Assembly: GCA_049515895.1 (NCBI GenBank)
Contig: JBEKTQ010000016.1
Span: 32,734-96,733, forward strand
Length of the DNA stretch: 64,000 nucleotides
Source of the DNA: Candidatus Bathyarchaeia archaeon
Lineage (GTDB): Archaea > Thermoproteota > Bathyarchaeia > Bathyarchaeales > Bathycorpusculaceae
Direction: 5' to 3'
The notes under the pieces were generated by a model. That model was not told the origin of the DNA. It was given only the letters and a program-made list of their open reading frames with translations, and ran no database searches. Position numbers and translations under genes: made by a program. Shown one piece after another: positions 38,990 to 47,160 of the stretch (positions are counted from its first letter, which is position 1; each line of letters starts with the position of its first letter).

Positions 38990-40914
38990 TAAGCGACCAC
39001 CTCATGGATAACTGATTTTCCTTCCATATTTTGCACTGTGATTACGTTGGTGTCTTGCTGGGCGAAAGTGATTTGGCTTGGTGTGATAACTACGTATTGG
39101 GTATTTGCGTCTTTGATGACGGCGAGAAGGATTCTTGCTATCATTTCACGGTTTTTTGGGTCCATGTGAATGTCGTATTCGTCGACTGCACGAAACGGCG
39201 AACGCACGTGCTGCTGCAAAGCTAAAAGAAAACTCATGGTTGCCGTTGTCCGCTCCCCGCCGCTTTGGGTATAAGCATCAAGCGCCACGGGTTTGCCACC
39301 TTTAAACCCGACAATGATTTCTAAGCCTGACGTCTCTATATCTTGGCTGTTTGAAAGTTGCACTGCGCCAGTCGCCAAGGTTTGGGTCATGATTCGCTGG
39401 TACTCCACATTTACTCTATCAAGGAGGTTTTCCATCACGGTGCGCCACGACTGCATGCGGGTTTTGACTTCTTCAAGCGTTTTCTCGCGGTTCTCAGCTA
39501 CAAGCTGTGTTTTCTCTTTGAGTTCCAAGTAAAGTTTTGAGTAAGATTCGTACTGGCGTTCAATATCCTCTGAAACGTCAGCGAGCGCAGCCAAGTGCCC
39601 ATCAGTTAGGCGGATTTCATCTTGAATATCGCTGGCGCTTTTCACCGCGGCTATTCGTTCGCCCGACTCTTGTGCTTTTTGGATCGCTGAGTTCAGGTTT
39701 TCTTGGGCATCTTTAAGCGATTTCTCAAGTTCTTTTAGGTTCACGATTGCGTTTGCCCGTTTGAATTCAAGCAGAGCCAGCTTCACCCTTTGCTCCAACG
39801 TTTCATCCGATGCTTTTCCAGCGGATTCTTCCAAATAGGTCATTTCTGCTTGATTCTGTATAACCCGCTCGTTTGCACTTGAGAGTTCCAATTCAGAGTT
39901 TTTGAGCATTTCCGCCAAGTTTTCGTTTCTGAGAAGTTTCAGCCGGGTTTTGCTGGCTTGAATTGCTTGCTCTAGCATGTGGGTTTCTTCAAGCAACTGG
40001 CTAATCAGCGAATGCGTGGATTGGTTTTGGGCGATGTCATGTTCAAGGCTTAATCGTTCTTCAAAAACGGCTTTTATGTTTGCCTTCAGGGTTGCAGCTT
40101 GATTCTGCTGTGTACTAAGTTGGTTGAGTATGTCCTGTTTTTCCTCTTCAATCTTGCTGAGGGCGTCCTGGTTTTTCTTAAGGTTCGCCTGCAGGCTTCG
40201 AGCTATGCTCTCCCGCTTTTCAACTTCAGCCCACGTTAATACTCGCTCCAGAAAGCGCCGTTTGATTTGCAACTGCTTTTTCTCCTGGTACTTGTCATAT
40301 TGTTCACGCCAGTAATTGAGGGTCTGCTGCGCCTGCTCAAAGAGTTTAGTCACAGATTCCTCTTGGGTCAGAATTCTTGTAAGCTTGTTTTTTGCTTGGA
40401 CAACGTTTTCGCGGAAAGGTTCTAGCCCAACTGCTGCTTCGACCATCCGCAGTTTTTCGATGTTGCTGAGAACGGTGAATTGTTCAACCATGTTTTGATG
40501 CATGATTATGAGCATGTTGTTGGGGTCGACGCCGAATTTGCCGAGTAGGCGTTCAATGTCCTGCTTGCTTGCCGCTCGGTTTTCAAGTTCAAACCAGTAT
40601 TTGCCATCTCGCCGCATTACGCGGGTGAGAAAAAGCTGGTCTTTGGGGTATTTTTGAACTGGACGCTTGTTGCCTTGTTTACTGTTATCTAAAATAAGTG
40701 TAACCCGGGCTTGGTCTTTTCCCCATCTGATTAGATCGCTTAGTTTCCTTGAGCGCTCAGTATAAGTTTGACCCAGCCCTACGGATATTGCGAGCAGAAG
40801 CGAGGATTTCCCCGCGCCATTGGGTCCGCCGATCACGTTTACGCCTTTTTTGAAAGGCACCCGAGCATACTCGTAACTCATGAAATTTTCAAGGATGACT
40901 TCTTGGATTAGCAT
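38989..40914 (-). CDS. Short SMC-family ATPase, Smc5/6- or coalescin (ClsN)-like, 641 aa
   Basis: Start MLIQEVILENFMSY at 40914; GPNGAGKSS, MHQN, QSGGE, AVDEYDIHMDPKNR, QYVVITP; continuous coiled coil. Confidence 0.88.
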   Translation of the reverse strand: MLIQEVILENFMSYEYARVPFKKGVNVIGGPNGAGKSSLLLAISVGLGQTYTERSRKLSDLIRWGKDQARVTLILDNSKQGNKRPVQKYPKDQLFLTRVMRRDGKYWFELENRAASKQDIERLLGKFGVDPNNMLIIMHQNMVEQFTVLSNIEKLRMVEAAVGLEPFRENVVQAKNKLTRILTQEESVTKLFEQAQQTLNYWREQYDKYQEKKQLQIKRRFLERVLTWAEVEKRESIARSLQANLKKNQDALSKIEEEKQDILNQLSTQQNQAATLKANIKAVFEERLSLEHDIAQNQSTHSLISQLLEETHMLEQAIQASKTRLKLLRNENLAEMLKNSELELSSANERVIQNQAEMTYLEESAGKASDETLEQRVKLALLEFKRANAIVNLKELEKSLKDAQENLNSAIQKAQESGERIAAVKSASDIQDEIRLTDGHLAALADVSEDIERQYESYSKLYLELKEKTQLVAENREKTLEEVKTRMQSWRTVMENLLDRVNVEYQRIMTQTLATGAVQLSNSQDIETSGLEIIVGFKGGKPVALDAYTQSGGERTTATMSFLLALQQHVRSPFRAVDEYDIHMDPKNREMIARILLAVIKDANTQYVVITPSQITFAQQDTNVITVQNMEGKSVIHEVVA

Positions 40915-41110
40915 TAACTTTTCAATGCCTCTAAATTGAGCGTCCGTAACTATTGAAAACCGTGTTATTAAAACAATTCCAACATAAAAGGAGATATCTC
41001 CCGCACAAATTCTCCCTTTTTTTATCATTATTTTGGCTCAAAAGAATGGGCTAATCAAACTCTGCCTAACGCTGTCAAATTAACAACAGGGCTTTCTTTC
41101 TCGTTTTTGT

Positions 41111-41209
41111 GCGCTGCCCTGCAGGGCGCCCTGGTGAACTTGCGCGCCCTTGGCGCGGTTTTGTTTGAAAAAACTTCACCTGGGCGCCGCGGTGGCACCG
41201 CGGCAGCGC
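41111..41209. other. GC-rich multi-branched inverted-repeat structure, candidate rolling-circle origin
   Basis: GCGCTGCC/GGCAGCGC outer stem, GGCGCCCTGGTGAA/TTCACCTGGGCGCC inner stem and three small hairpins, directly upstream of rep. Confidence 0.6.
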
Positions 41210-41267
41210 TTTTCAGGGGGTATCCTGCCCTTACGAAAAGTAGAGTTCGTGCTCTGGAGGTGTCTCG

Positions 41268-42500
41268 ATGGATCTAACTCCAGACGAGAAGAGGGCCAAG
41301 GAGCTTGCTGAGGATCTTTCCAAGTTTGATGTTGAAGGTAGAGCCAAGGCGCGCGCTGGAGAGCTGGCCAAGGAGAATAGGCCAGTCTACGATTACCCAG
41401 ACGCTACGGATCTGGAGCACTTCAGACTTTTGAAACAAGCAACCTTGGATAATACAACTCCTCCAGGGCCAAAAAAATTGATAGAGGCTTACAAGGGTGT
41501 TGGGTATGCGGAGCATGAAGAGCAGTTCTACGTTAAACTCCCTGGCCATGGCAAGGCCTACGAGAATTGCGGGGAGTCTCTGGCTAAGGGATGTGACAAC
41601 CATAAGCATCATGCAGACGGCAAAACGTTTGTGAGGCTTGGAAAGAGGAGCTGTAACCGAAAAGAGTGCCCCGTCTGCTATGAAGGATGGGCCTCAAAGG
41701 GAGCTGAGAGGGCTACGATCCGAATAGCGCATTATTTGGTTGGGCCCTCCAAGGTGAGGGGAGCTCTCGATCGGATCTGCAAGGAGTACCAGGTGCACCC
41801 TCCAAAGGTCTTGCATAAGGCCGTTGTTGACGAGTTGGAGGATCTGATCCAAGGAGGAACCGAAAAACCGATCCATGTAGTTTTGAGCCCTCCGCAAGAA
41901 AACTTAGAACCCTGGGCCCAGATCGGGATCTATCGGAGTATGAAGGCCAAGGCCGTGAGACTGGCCAAGCTAGCGGGCCTTCGCGGATCCTCTATTATCC
42001 CACATCCGTATAGGCTCAGGTGCAAGGCTTGCAAGGCCAAGATCCCAGACTATCATAGAGAGTGCCCTGAGTGCGGAGGATCTGAGTTTGAATGGATGTT
42101 CTCGCCTCACTTCCATTACTTAGGGTTCGGTTGGATCCTGGGGCCTCAAAAGATCGAGGTTTTTTACAAGGCTCATGGGTGGGTAGTTAAGAACCTGGGA
42201 GTTAGAGACACGGTTTATGGAACATTCCAGTACATCCTCTCTCACGCTGGAGTGGGTCCTGGCTTCCATACGGTCTCTTGGTTTGGATCCCTTGGTTACA
42301 GAGCTGAGAGGATGAGAGAGGTTCCAAAGCTGAAGGCTCCAAAGGAGAAGTGCCCAGAGTGCGGCGCCTACCTTTCTCTCCTGGAGTGGATCGGAGCTGT
42401 GGATCGTGGGCCCCCTCCAACTTACTGTGAGGAGCTGGCCAGACTGAACGCTTATGCTAACGATCTCTCAGATGATCCTGAGAACTGGAGGCGAAGGTGA
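41268..42500 (+). CDS. rep: Rolling-circle replication initiator (HUH endonuclease)
   Basis: SCNRKECPVCYEGWA, motif 1 HVVLSPP, motif 2 PHFHYLG, motif 3 QYILSH; extra CxxC pairs. Confidence 0.85.
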   Translation: MDLTPDEKRAKELAEDLSKFDVEGRAKARAGELAKENRPVYDYPDATDLEHFRLLKQATLDNTTPPGPKKLIEAYKGVGYAEHEEQFYVKLPGHGKAYENCGESLAKGCDNHKHHADGKTFVRLGKRSCNRKECPVCYEGWASKGAERATIRIAHYLVGPSKVRGALDRICKEYQVHPPKVLHKAVVDELEDLIQGGTEKPIHVVLSPPQENLEPWAQIGIYRSMKAKAVRLAKLAGLRGSSIIPHPYRLRCKACKAKIPDYHRECPECGGSEFEWMFSPHFHYLGFGWILGPQKIEVFYKAHGWVVKNLGVRDTVYGTFQYILSHAGVGPGFHTVSWFGSLGYRAERMREVPKLKAPKEKCPECGAYLSLLEWIGAVDRGPPPTYCEELARLNAYANDLSDDPENWRRR

Positions 42501-42506
42501 TCTGAT

Positions 42507-42668
42507 GTGTCGGCGATCGCTGAGGTTTCCAAGGGCCATAAGGATCGTAAGGATAGGGTCAGGGTCTGCGCTGACTGTAAGTTTTGGGTTGGGCGTTGTT
42601 GTCTTGGTGAGAGGAACCGTGTCGCTGGATCTTGGGCTTGTGGGTCTGCAGTTTCAAGGGAGAGTTGA
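42507..42668 (+). CDS. 53-aa Cys-rich microprotein, not in the ORF track
   Basis: Own translation from GTG: MSAIAEVSKGHKDRKDRVRVCADCKFWVGRCCLGERNRVAGSWACGSAVSRES; AAGGTGA upstream. Confidence 0.55.
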   Translation: MSAIAEVSKGHKDRKDRVRVCADCKFWVGRCCLGERNRVAGSWACGSAVSRES

Positions 42669-42675
42669 TTAGGGA

Positions 42676-42891
42676 ATGGGAAAACGTCACCGTCATATAA
42701 GGGATCCAACAAACATCGTAGAACCTAAGCATCATTGTGGATCCGTTCGCGTGTTGGATCCAGGGAAGGAAGTTAGATCTGAACCTGGGTTGGTTGTTGA
42801 TCGGCTTGGTCATGTGGCTCGAGTCGTGTGGATCCAGGACAGCTTAGGCTCCAGGATCCTTCTTGATCGTTCCAGGGCTCCAGGATCGTAG
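42676..42891 (+). CDS. Hypothetical protein
   Basis: 71-aa ORF 7 bp downstream of the previous gene on the same strand. Confidence 0.4.
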   Translation: MGKRHRHIRDPTNIVEPKHHCGSVRVLDPGKEVRSEPGLVVDRLGHVARVVWIQDSLGSRILLDRSRAPGS

Positions 42892-43554
42892 ACGTTGACG
42901 CTTTTTGTTTCAGTTAGCCTGGGTTTTTTCTGCAAAGTTTGCAGGATCCGCATGGAAAGGGGCTCTCTCGTGGCGTGGGCATCCGCAGTGACAGTTTTGG
43001 CAACCCCTTAATCCTTCCGTCGGTTGGTGTCACCATGTCACCGAGGGTGTGTTAGTATGGAGAGATGTTTGTTTTTATGGTCTCTTTTACCGAGTTGTCT
43101 CTGTCTGTTGGCTCTGTTAGGCGTCTGCTATGGTAATTGATGTTAAGTCAGTGGTGTGTCTCTGGGTCTGTCTCTGTTTAGTTACGTTGTTTCTCTGTGA
43201 GTTTGATTGGTTTTTGGTGTCTGTTGGGTCTCAGAGTCTCTAAAAGTGTGTTGAGAGTTGGTTTTTTGGCTCTAAAAGGTGTTCAAGTGGTCTCCTTTGG
43301 TGTGTTTTTCGGCTAATCGGGGTCAAATATCGCTTAGATGTGAGGTTGAGAGGACCAAAAGTTGGTGTACACGGGTTTTTAGGGTTAAAAGTGACCTGAA
43401 AAGACGGTTCTGTTAACTTCTCGGTATATGGGTTTCTTTGTTAACAGTCGTCAGATAAGCTTATTTTTGGTTTTGTTGCTTTCGTCTGCTTAGCGTCTGG
43501 CTTCTGAGTTCTAAAGATAATTACAAATAGATGAAAAGTAATACCAAATAAACT

Positions 43555-44457
43555 ATGTTAAGCAAAATAGATGCTTTGACAAGTCAGTATCGGAAATTAA
43601 TCATTCAACCTAATGGCGGTTTGGCTATTGGTAATGACCAACAAAATAATGTTATGATTTCGCAAAATTTTAAAGCTGAGGAACTGATTGGGGATTTTAA
43701 CATTTTTTGCCAACTACCACCTTTTCTAATCCGAACTTGTATTTTTCCAGGAGATAACACTATTATTATGGATAGGGTTTTACCGTTTTTTGACCTTTGG
43801 GCTGTAAAAACAATACATTATTTTAGCCATCATCCCAAGTTCATGGTCCAAAATAAGGGTGCCCAAAATTTTGACTTTGACAGCAACTTAGAATTGTTTG
43901 AAAGTTTGTTACTCTTGGGTTTGGAAAGTGAGCGTTATGATATACTACGTCGTGATACACCGTTAGGAAAAGTAATTAGCGAATCATCGGAAAAACTGTT
44001 ACCTTGCTTTGTTTATCCTTTATTAGAATCAGTAGTGCGAAATGGATGCAACGGGATACTTAATCCAGATGGCACAATAGCAAATATAACCGCTTTTTCC
44101 GCTTTACCTGCTAAAAAGAAAAAATTTTATGAGGAGCACCTTCGTCAAAACCCAAAATTTCAAGTATCCAATATCGGCGATGAATTACTATTATTAACTA
44201 AAGCCTCAAAAAATCCCTTTAGAGCCACAATCGATGCTACCATTAAGGAGTTTGCTATTTGTGTTAACTCACCAAAAGAAGCCTATGCTACTATTATGGA
44301 TGCCAGAAACGGCATTTTACATGGTGACAAAATTAGCTCAAGAGGCGCAATTGCAGTAAAATACATAATATTTCTGCTCTGTCTCTCAAAAATTTCAGAG
44401 GAAGAGTACAAAAAGGAATTTCACCGGTTGCAACATTACCAGATGTCATTTTGGTGA
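43555..44457 (+). CDS. Hypothetical protein with HEPN-like R-x4-H motif
   Basis: LLESVVR...MDARNGILHGD in a helical C-terminal half; AT-rich. Confidence 0.6.
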   Translation: MLSKIDALTSQYRKLIIQPNGGLAIGNDQQNNVMISQNFKAEELIGDFNIFCQLPPFLIRTCIFPGDNTIIMDRVLPFFDLWAVKTIHYFSHHPKFMVQNKGAQNFDFDSNLELFESLLLLGLESERYDILRRDTPLGKVISESSEKLLPCFVYPLLESVVRNGCNGILNPDGTIANITAFSALPAKKKKFYEEHLRQNPKFQVSNIGDELLLLTKASKNPFRATIDATIKEFAICVNSPKEAYATIMDARNGILHGDKISSRGAIAVKYIIFLLCLSKISEEEYKKEFHRLQHYQMSFW

Positions 44458-44674
44458 GAGTTTCAGTTTTTTCAATTAACTTAGTTGTCAAGTAGTAGAG
44501 GGATAGCCGTTATTTTTCTTTTGAGGTTGATTAGGTTTGAGTTATCGTGGAAGAAGTGGCTAGTTATGGTAGCTGAATTTGGTCTTTCTCCTTCTCAAGC
44601 TAAGATGGCAAATTCTTTAAGCTTAGTGGATAATACAATGTGTCCAAAAGCAATATTGCTGGTGAAACGCGAGT

Positions 44675-45394
44675 TTGACAACGGAAGCAGTTGGACGAAT
44701 ACTAGACACTTTTCCACCAGCATTCTTATTGATAGTTCCAATAATGGGATTTATCATGCTTTTTTTCTCGCCCATCAATCTTTTTTTGCCTCAGATCATA
44801 AGTAACCCTTTTTCGGGAAATGCTGCCGCGGCTGAAATCTTGGAAAGGTTCGCAATTATTATTTTGGTCTCTTTTGCTGTCGGAGTGCCTTTCTCGTTTC
44901 TAGAAAACCTCTTTGTCAGTAATTCTGGCATCAATAACTTGTTCAGAAGAACGATACACATTCTATATCGGTCTGAGGAAAGACAGAAACTTAAAGGAAA
45001 CGAAAGAAAACGCCTTATTGATAGACTGAAGAGAATTGGAAAAGAAACAAAGCAGCAACAATTTCCCGAGCAACAATCTTTCATAGATTTTTGGATATGG
45101 TTAAGGGAAAAGAATCGCTTGACTATGTATAATTTCTTGGTTACCGAAAATGCCATCGTTAATGGACTTTTAGTTGGTAGTGAGATAGCTTTGATTTCCA
45201 ACATTTTTGCATTCTTGTTTTTTGAATGGGCGCGCGTCCTTTTCCCATTCATAATTTCATTTTTACTTTTCGCGTATATGTTGTTCATTAACTACATTAT
45301 TTGGAAAGATGTGCTAAACGGACAACTAAACGAATTCAAGAAAAAGTTCAAAGAAGATTGCAAAGAAAATCATTACGGTGTGCTGTATTCCTAA
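44675..45394 (+). CDS. Four-TM membrane protein with charged central loop
   Basis: Two TM pairs flanking a basic loop; start uncertain. Confidence 0.65.
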   Translation: MTTEAVGRILDTFPPAFLLIVPIMGFIMLFFSPINLFLPQIISNPFSGNAAAAEILERFAIIILVSFAVGVPFSFLENLFVSNSGINNLFRRTIHILYRSEERQKLKGNERKRLIDRLKRIGKETKQQQFPEQQSFIDFWIWLREKNRLTMYNFLVTENAIVNGLLVGSEIALISNIFAFLFFEWARVLFPFIISFLLFAYMLFINYIIWKDVLNGQLNEFKKKFKEDCKENHYGVLYS

Positions 45395-45601
45395 AAATAT
45401 TACAAGTTTTCCGCTGCGTAAATTGCTGGAAGAACTGAACATATTATTCAATACTAATAGATGTCATCATTAAGGTTTATTTTGATGAAAAATCATTTGT
45501 TTGGTAACTACCAATCTCTGTTGAAGTGAAACTGATCAGGGCGCGGGCGTCGGGCTTGAGTTTTGATCTGGGTTCATGGGTTTTTCCTCGGTGGTTGGTA
45601 G

Positions 45602-45704
45602 CCAAAAGACAAAACGCGGGGCGCGGTAGAGATCCATTCATCAACAACCTGCCAAGGCGTTTTTGAAATCTCTACCGTTGCGTTTTGTCCCATTTAAGTT
45701 TTGG
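45602..45704. other. Long imperfect stem-loop upstream of the integrase
   Basis: GACAAAACGC/GCGTTTTGTC, CGGTAGAGAT/ATCTCTACCG and CCAAAA/TTTTGG nested stems. Confidence 0.6.
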
Positions 45705-45800
45705 TCAGAATTTTTTTGTTGGTAATTTGTCCTTTAAAAGAAATTTTGTAGCGGTTATTTAAAAGGAACCTCAAATTAAGGTTCGTTTGGCAGGTTAAAG

Positions 45801-46958
45801 ATGAATGAAGCAGTTTCCGAGCATGTTGTTAGCTGTTCTTGTTGTGGTTCTCAAAATGTGAATCGCGACGGTCACCGTTACCTAAAAGACGGTCAGGACA
45901 TCCAGCTTTTTATTTGTAAGTCTTGTGGTTATAGGTTTTCAAACGGACATATTGATTCAAACGTTGATGCTTCCATAGAGAATTATGGCCAATTAGGCGC
46001 TATCCTCGAGGAAGCGAAAAAATTGGACTCTGCAACAGAAATAAAGACTGTTGCGGGAGAGAAAGAAAGCAGTCTAATAGAGTACGCATGGCGGTGCAAG
46101 AAAAGAGGTAACAGCGACAAAACAATAGCGCAAAGGTGTTATCTTCTCGGAGCTTTGCAGAAAAAAGGAGCTAATCTAAACAATCCTGATAGTGTGGAAA
46201 CGATCTTAGCGACTGAACCTGAGTATAATAACAAGAATGAACCCAGTAAAAAGTACAATGTAGTAAAAGCCTATGTTTCCTACACCAAAAGGATGAAGAT
46301 TCTCTGGGAACCTATAACTGTCAAATATGAACCAAAGCAAGCGTTTACACCAATTCGTGAGGAGCTTTTGCTTTTTGTTAATAGCGCGGGGCATCGTTTA
46401 GGAACATACTTGCAGGTAACTTATGACACTGGAGGTAGACGCGGTGAAGTAGCCCATATAAAATGGACTGACATCAACACTAAGAACCATACAATAGCCA
46501 TCAACGACCCTGAGAAAAATTCTCGATCCAGAACAATCAAAGTACCTCCACCCACAATTTCAAGAATCCAAACACTCAGTCACAAGTATGACCCTTACAT
46601 CTTCAACCCCGACCCTCATCTCTATGGAGGTCAATTTGACGACCTGAGAAAGAAACTTGTAAGGATGCACCCAGATATCGCTGAACGTTTGAAACAGTAC
46701 CATATCCACCTTTTTCGATACGGTTTTGCACACAGAGACATAAAACAAGGGAAGCACCTGAAGGAAGTACAGCAAAGACTCGGACATAAATCAAGCAATA
46801 GTACCGATAGATACACCAACACGGTTGTTTTCAATGAAACTGATTACGAGACAGCTAGAGCTACAACGGTAGAAGATTGCGAAAAATATGGACACGAAGG
46901 CTGGACAAAATATGACGAGATGAACGGAACTCACTTGTACCGTAGGTTGAAGCCATGA
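45801..46958 (+). CDS. Integrase (tyrosine recombinase) with N-terminal InsA-like Zn ribbon
   Basis: CSCCGS...QLFICKSCGYRF, TGGRRGEV, PEKNS, HLFR, LGHK...TDRY (complete catalytic set). Confidence 0.92.
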   Translation: MNEAVSEHVVSCSCCGSQNVNRDGHRYLKDGQDIQLFICKSCGYRFSNGHIDSNVDASIENYGQLGAILEEAKKLDSATEIKTVAGEKESSLIEYAWRCKKRGNSDKTIAQRCYLLGALQKKGANLNNPDSVETILATEPEYNNKNEPSKKYNVVKAYVSYTKRMKILWEPITVKYEPKQAFTPIREELLLFVNSAGHRLGTYLQVTYDTGGRRGEVAHIKWTDINTKNHTIAINDPEKNSRSRTIKVPPPTISRIQTLSHKYDPYIFNPDPHLYGGQFDDLRKKLVRMHPDIAERLKQYHIHLFRYGFAHRDIKQGKHLKEVQQRLGHKSSNSTDRYTNTVVFNETDYETARATTVEDCEKYGHEGWTKYDEMNGTHLYRRLKP

Positions 46959-47160
46959 CGAAAACCCTATTATTAGTTGAAAAACCCTACTTTCAAAACA
47001 ATTTGACAGGCTTATGATGATTATTTCGACTAACTTGTGTGATTTAATGATTAAGACAGATGCATTTTGTTGCTGCAGAAAGTGCTCGGAACAGTTATTT
47101 GCGGTTATTTTAAATATGCTTTTAAGGATTTGACCCATGTATATTTAGGCGGGTGTTTCA

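Larger units (their letters stand above)
41040..47016. mobile_element. Integrated rolling-circle plasmid-like element, about 6 kb; boundaries approximate
   Basis: HUH Rep at one end, integrase at the other, AT-rich cargo between; no perfect att repeat found. Confidence 0.75.

Noticed and set aside
31748-40914. Functional ParB-parS loading of the neighbouring SMC complex
   Set aside because: Adjacency is explained by the tRNA target site; nothing in the sequence supports an interaction.
40915-41028. N-terminal 38-aa extension of the SMC ORF
   Set aside because: SMC homology begins at MLIQEVILENF (40914); the extension looks like promoter sequence.
37524-41028. Wadjet (JetABCD) defence system
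   Set aside because: No Toprim/JetD gene adjacent; the ATPase is much shorter than JetC and carries Smc5/6-type motifs.
41072-47009. 10-bp inverted repeat CTGTCAAATT/AATTTGACAG as terminal repeats of the second element
   Set aside because: Short, does not extend, and tyrosine integrases normally leave direct repeats; may be chance.
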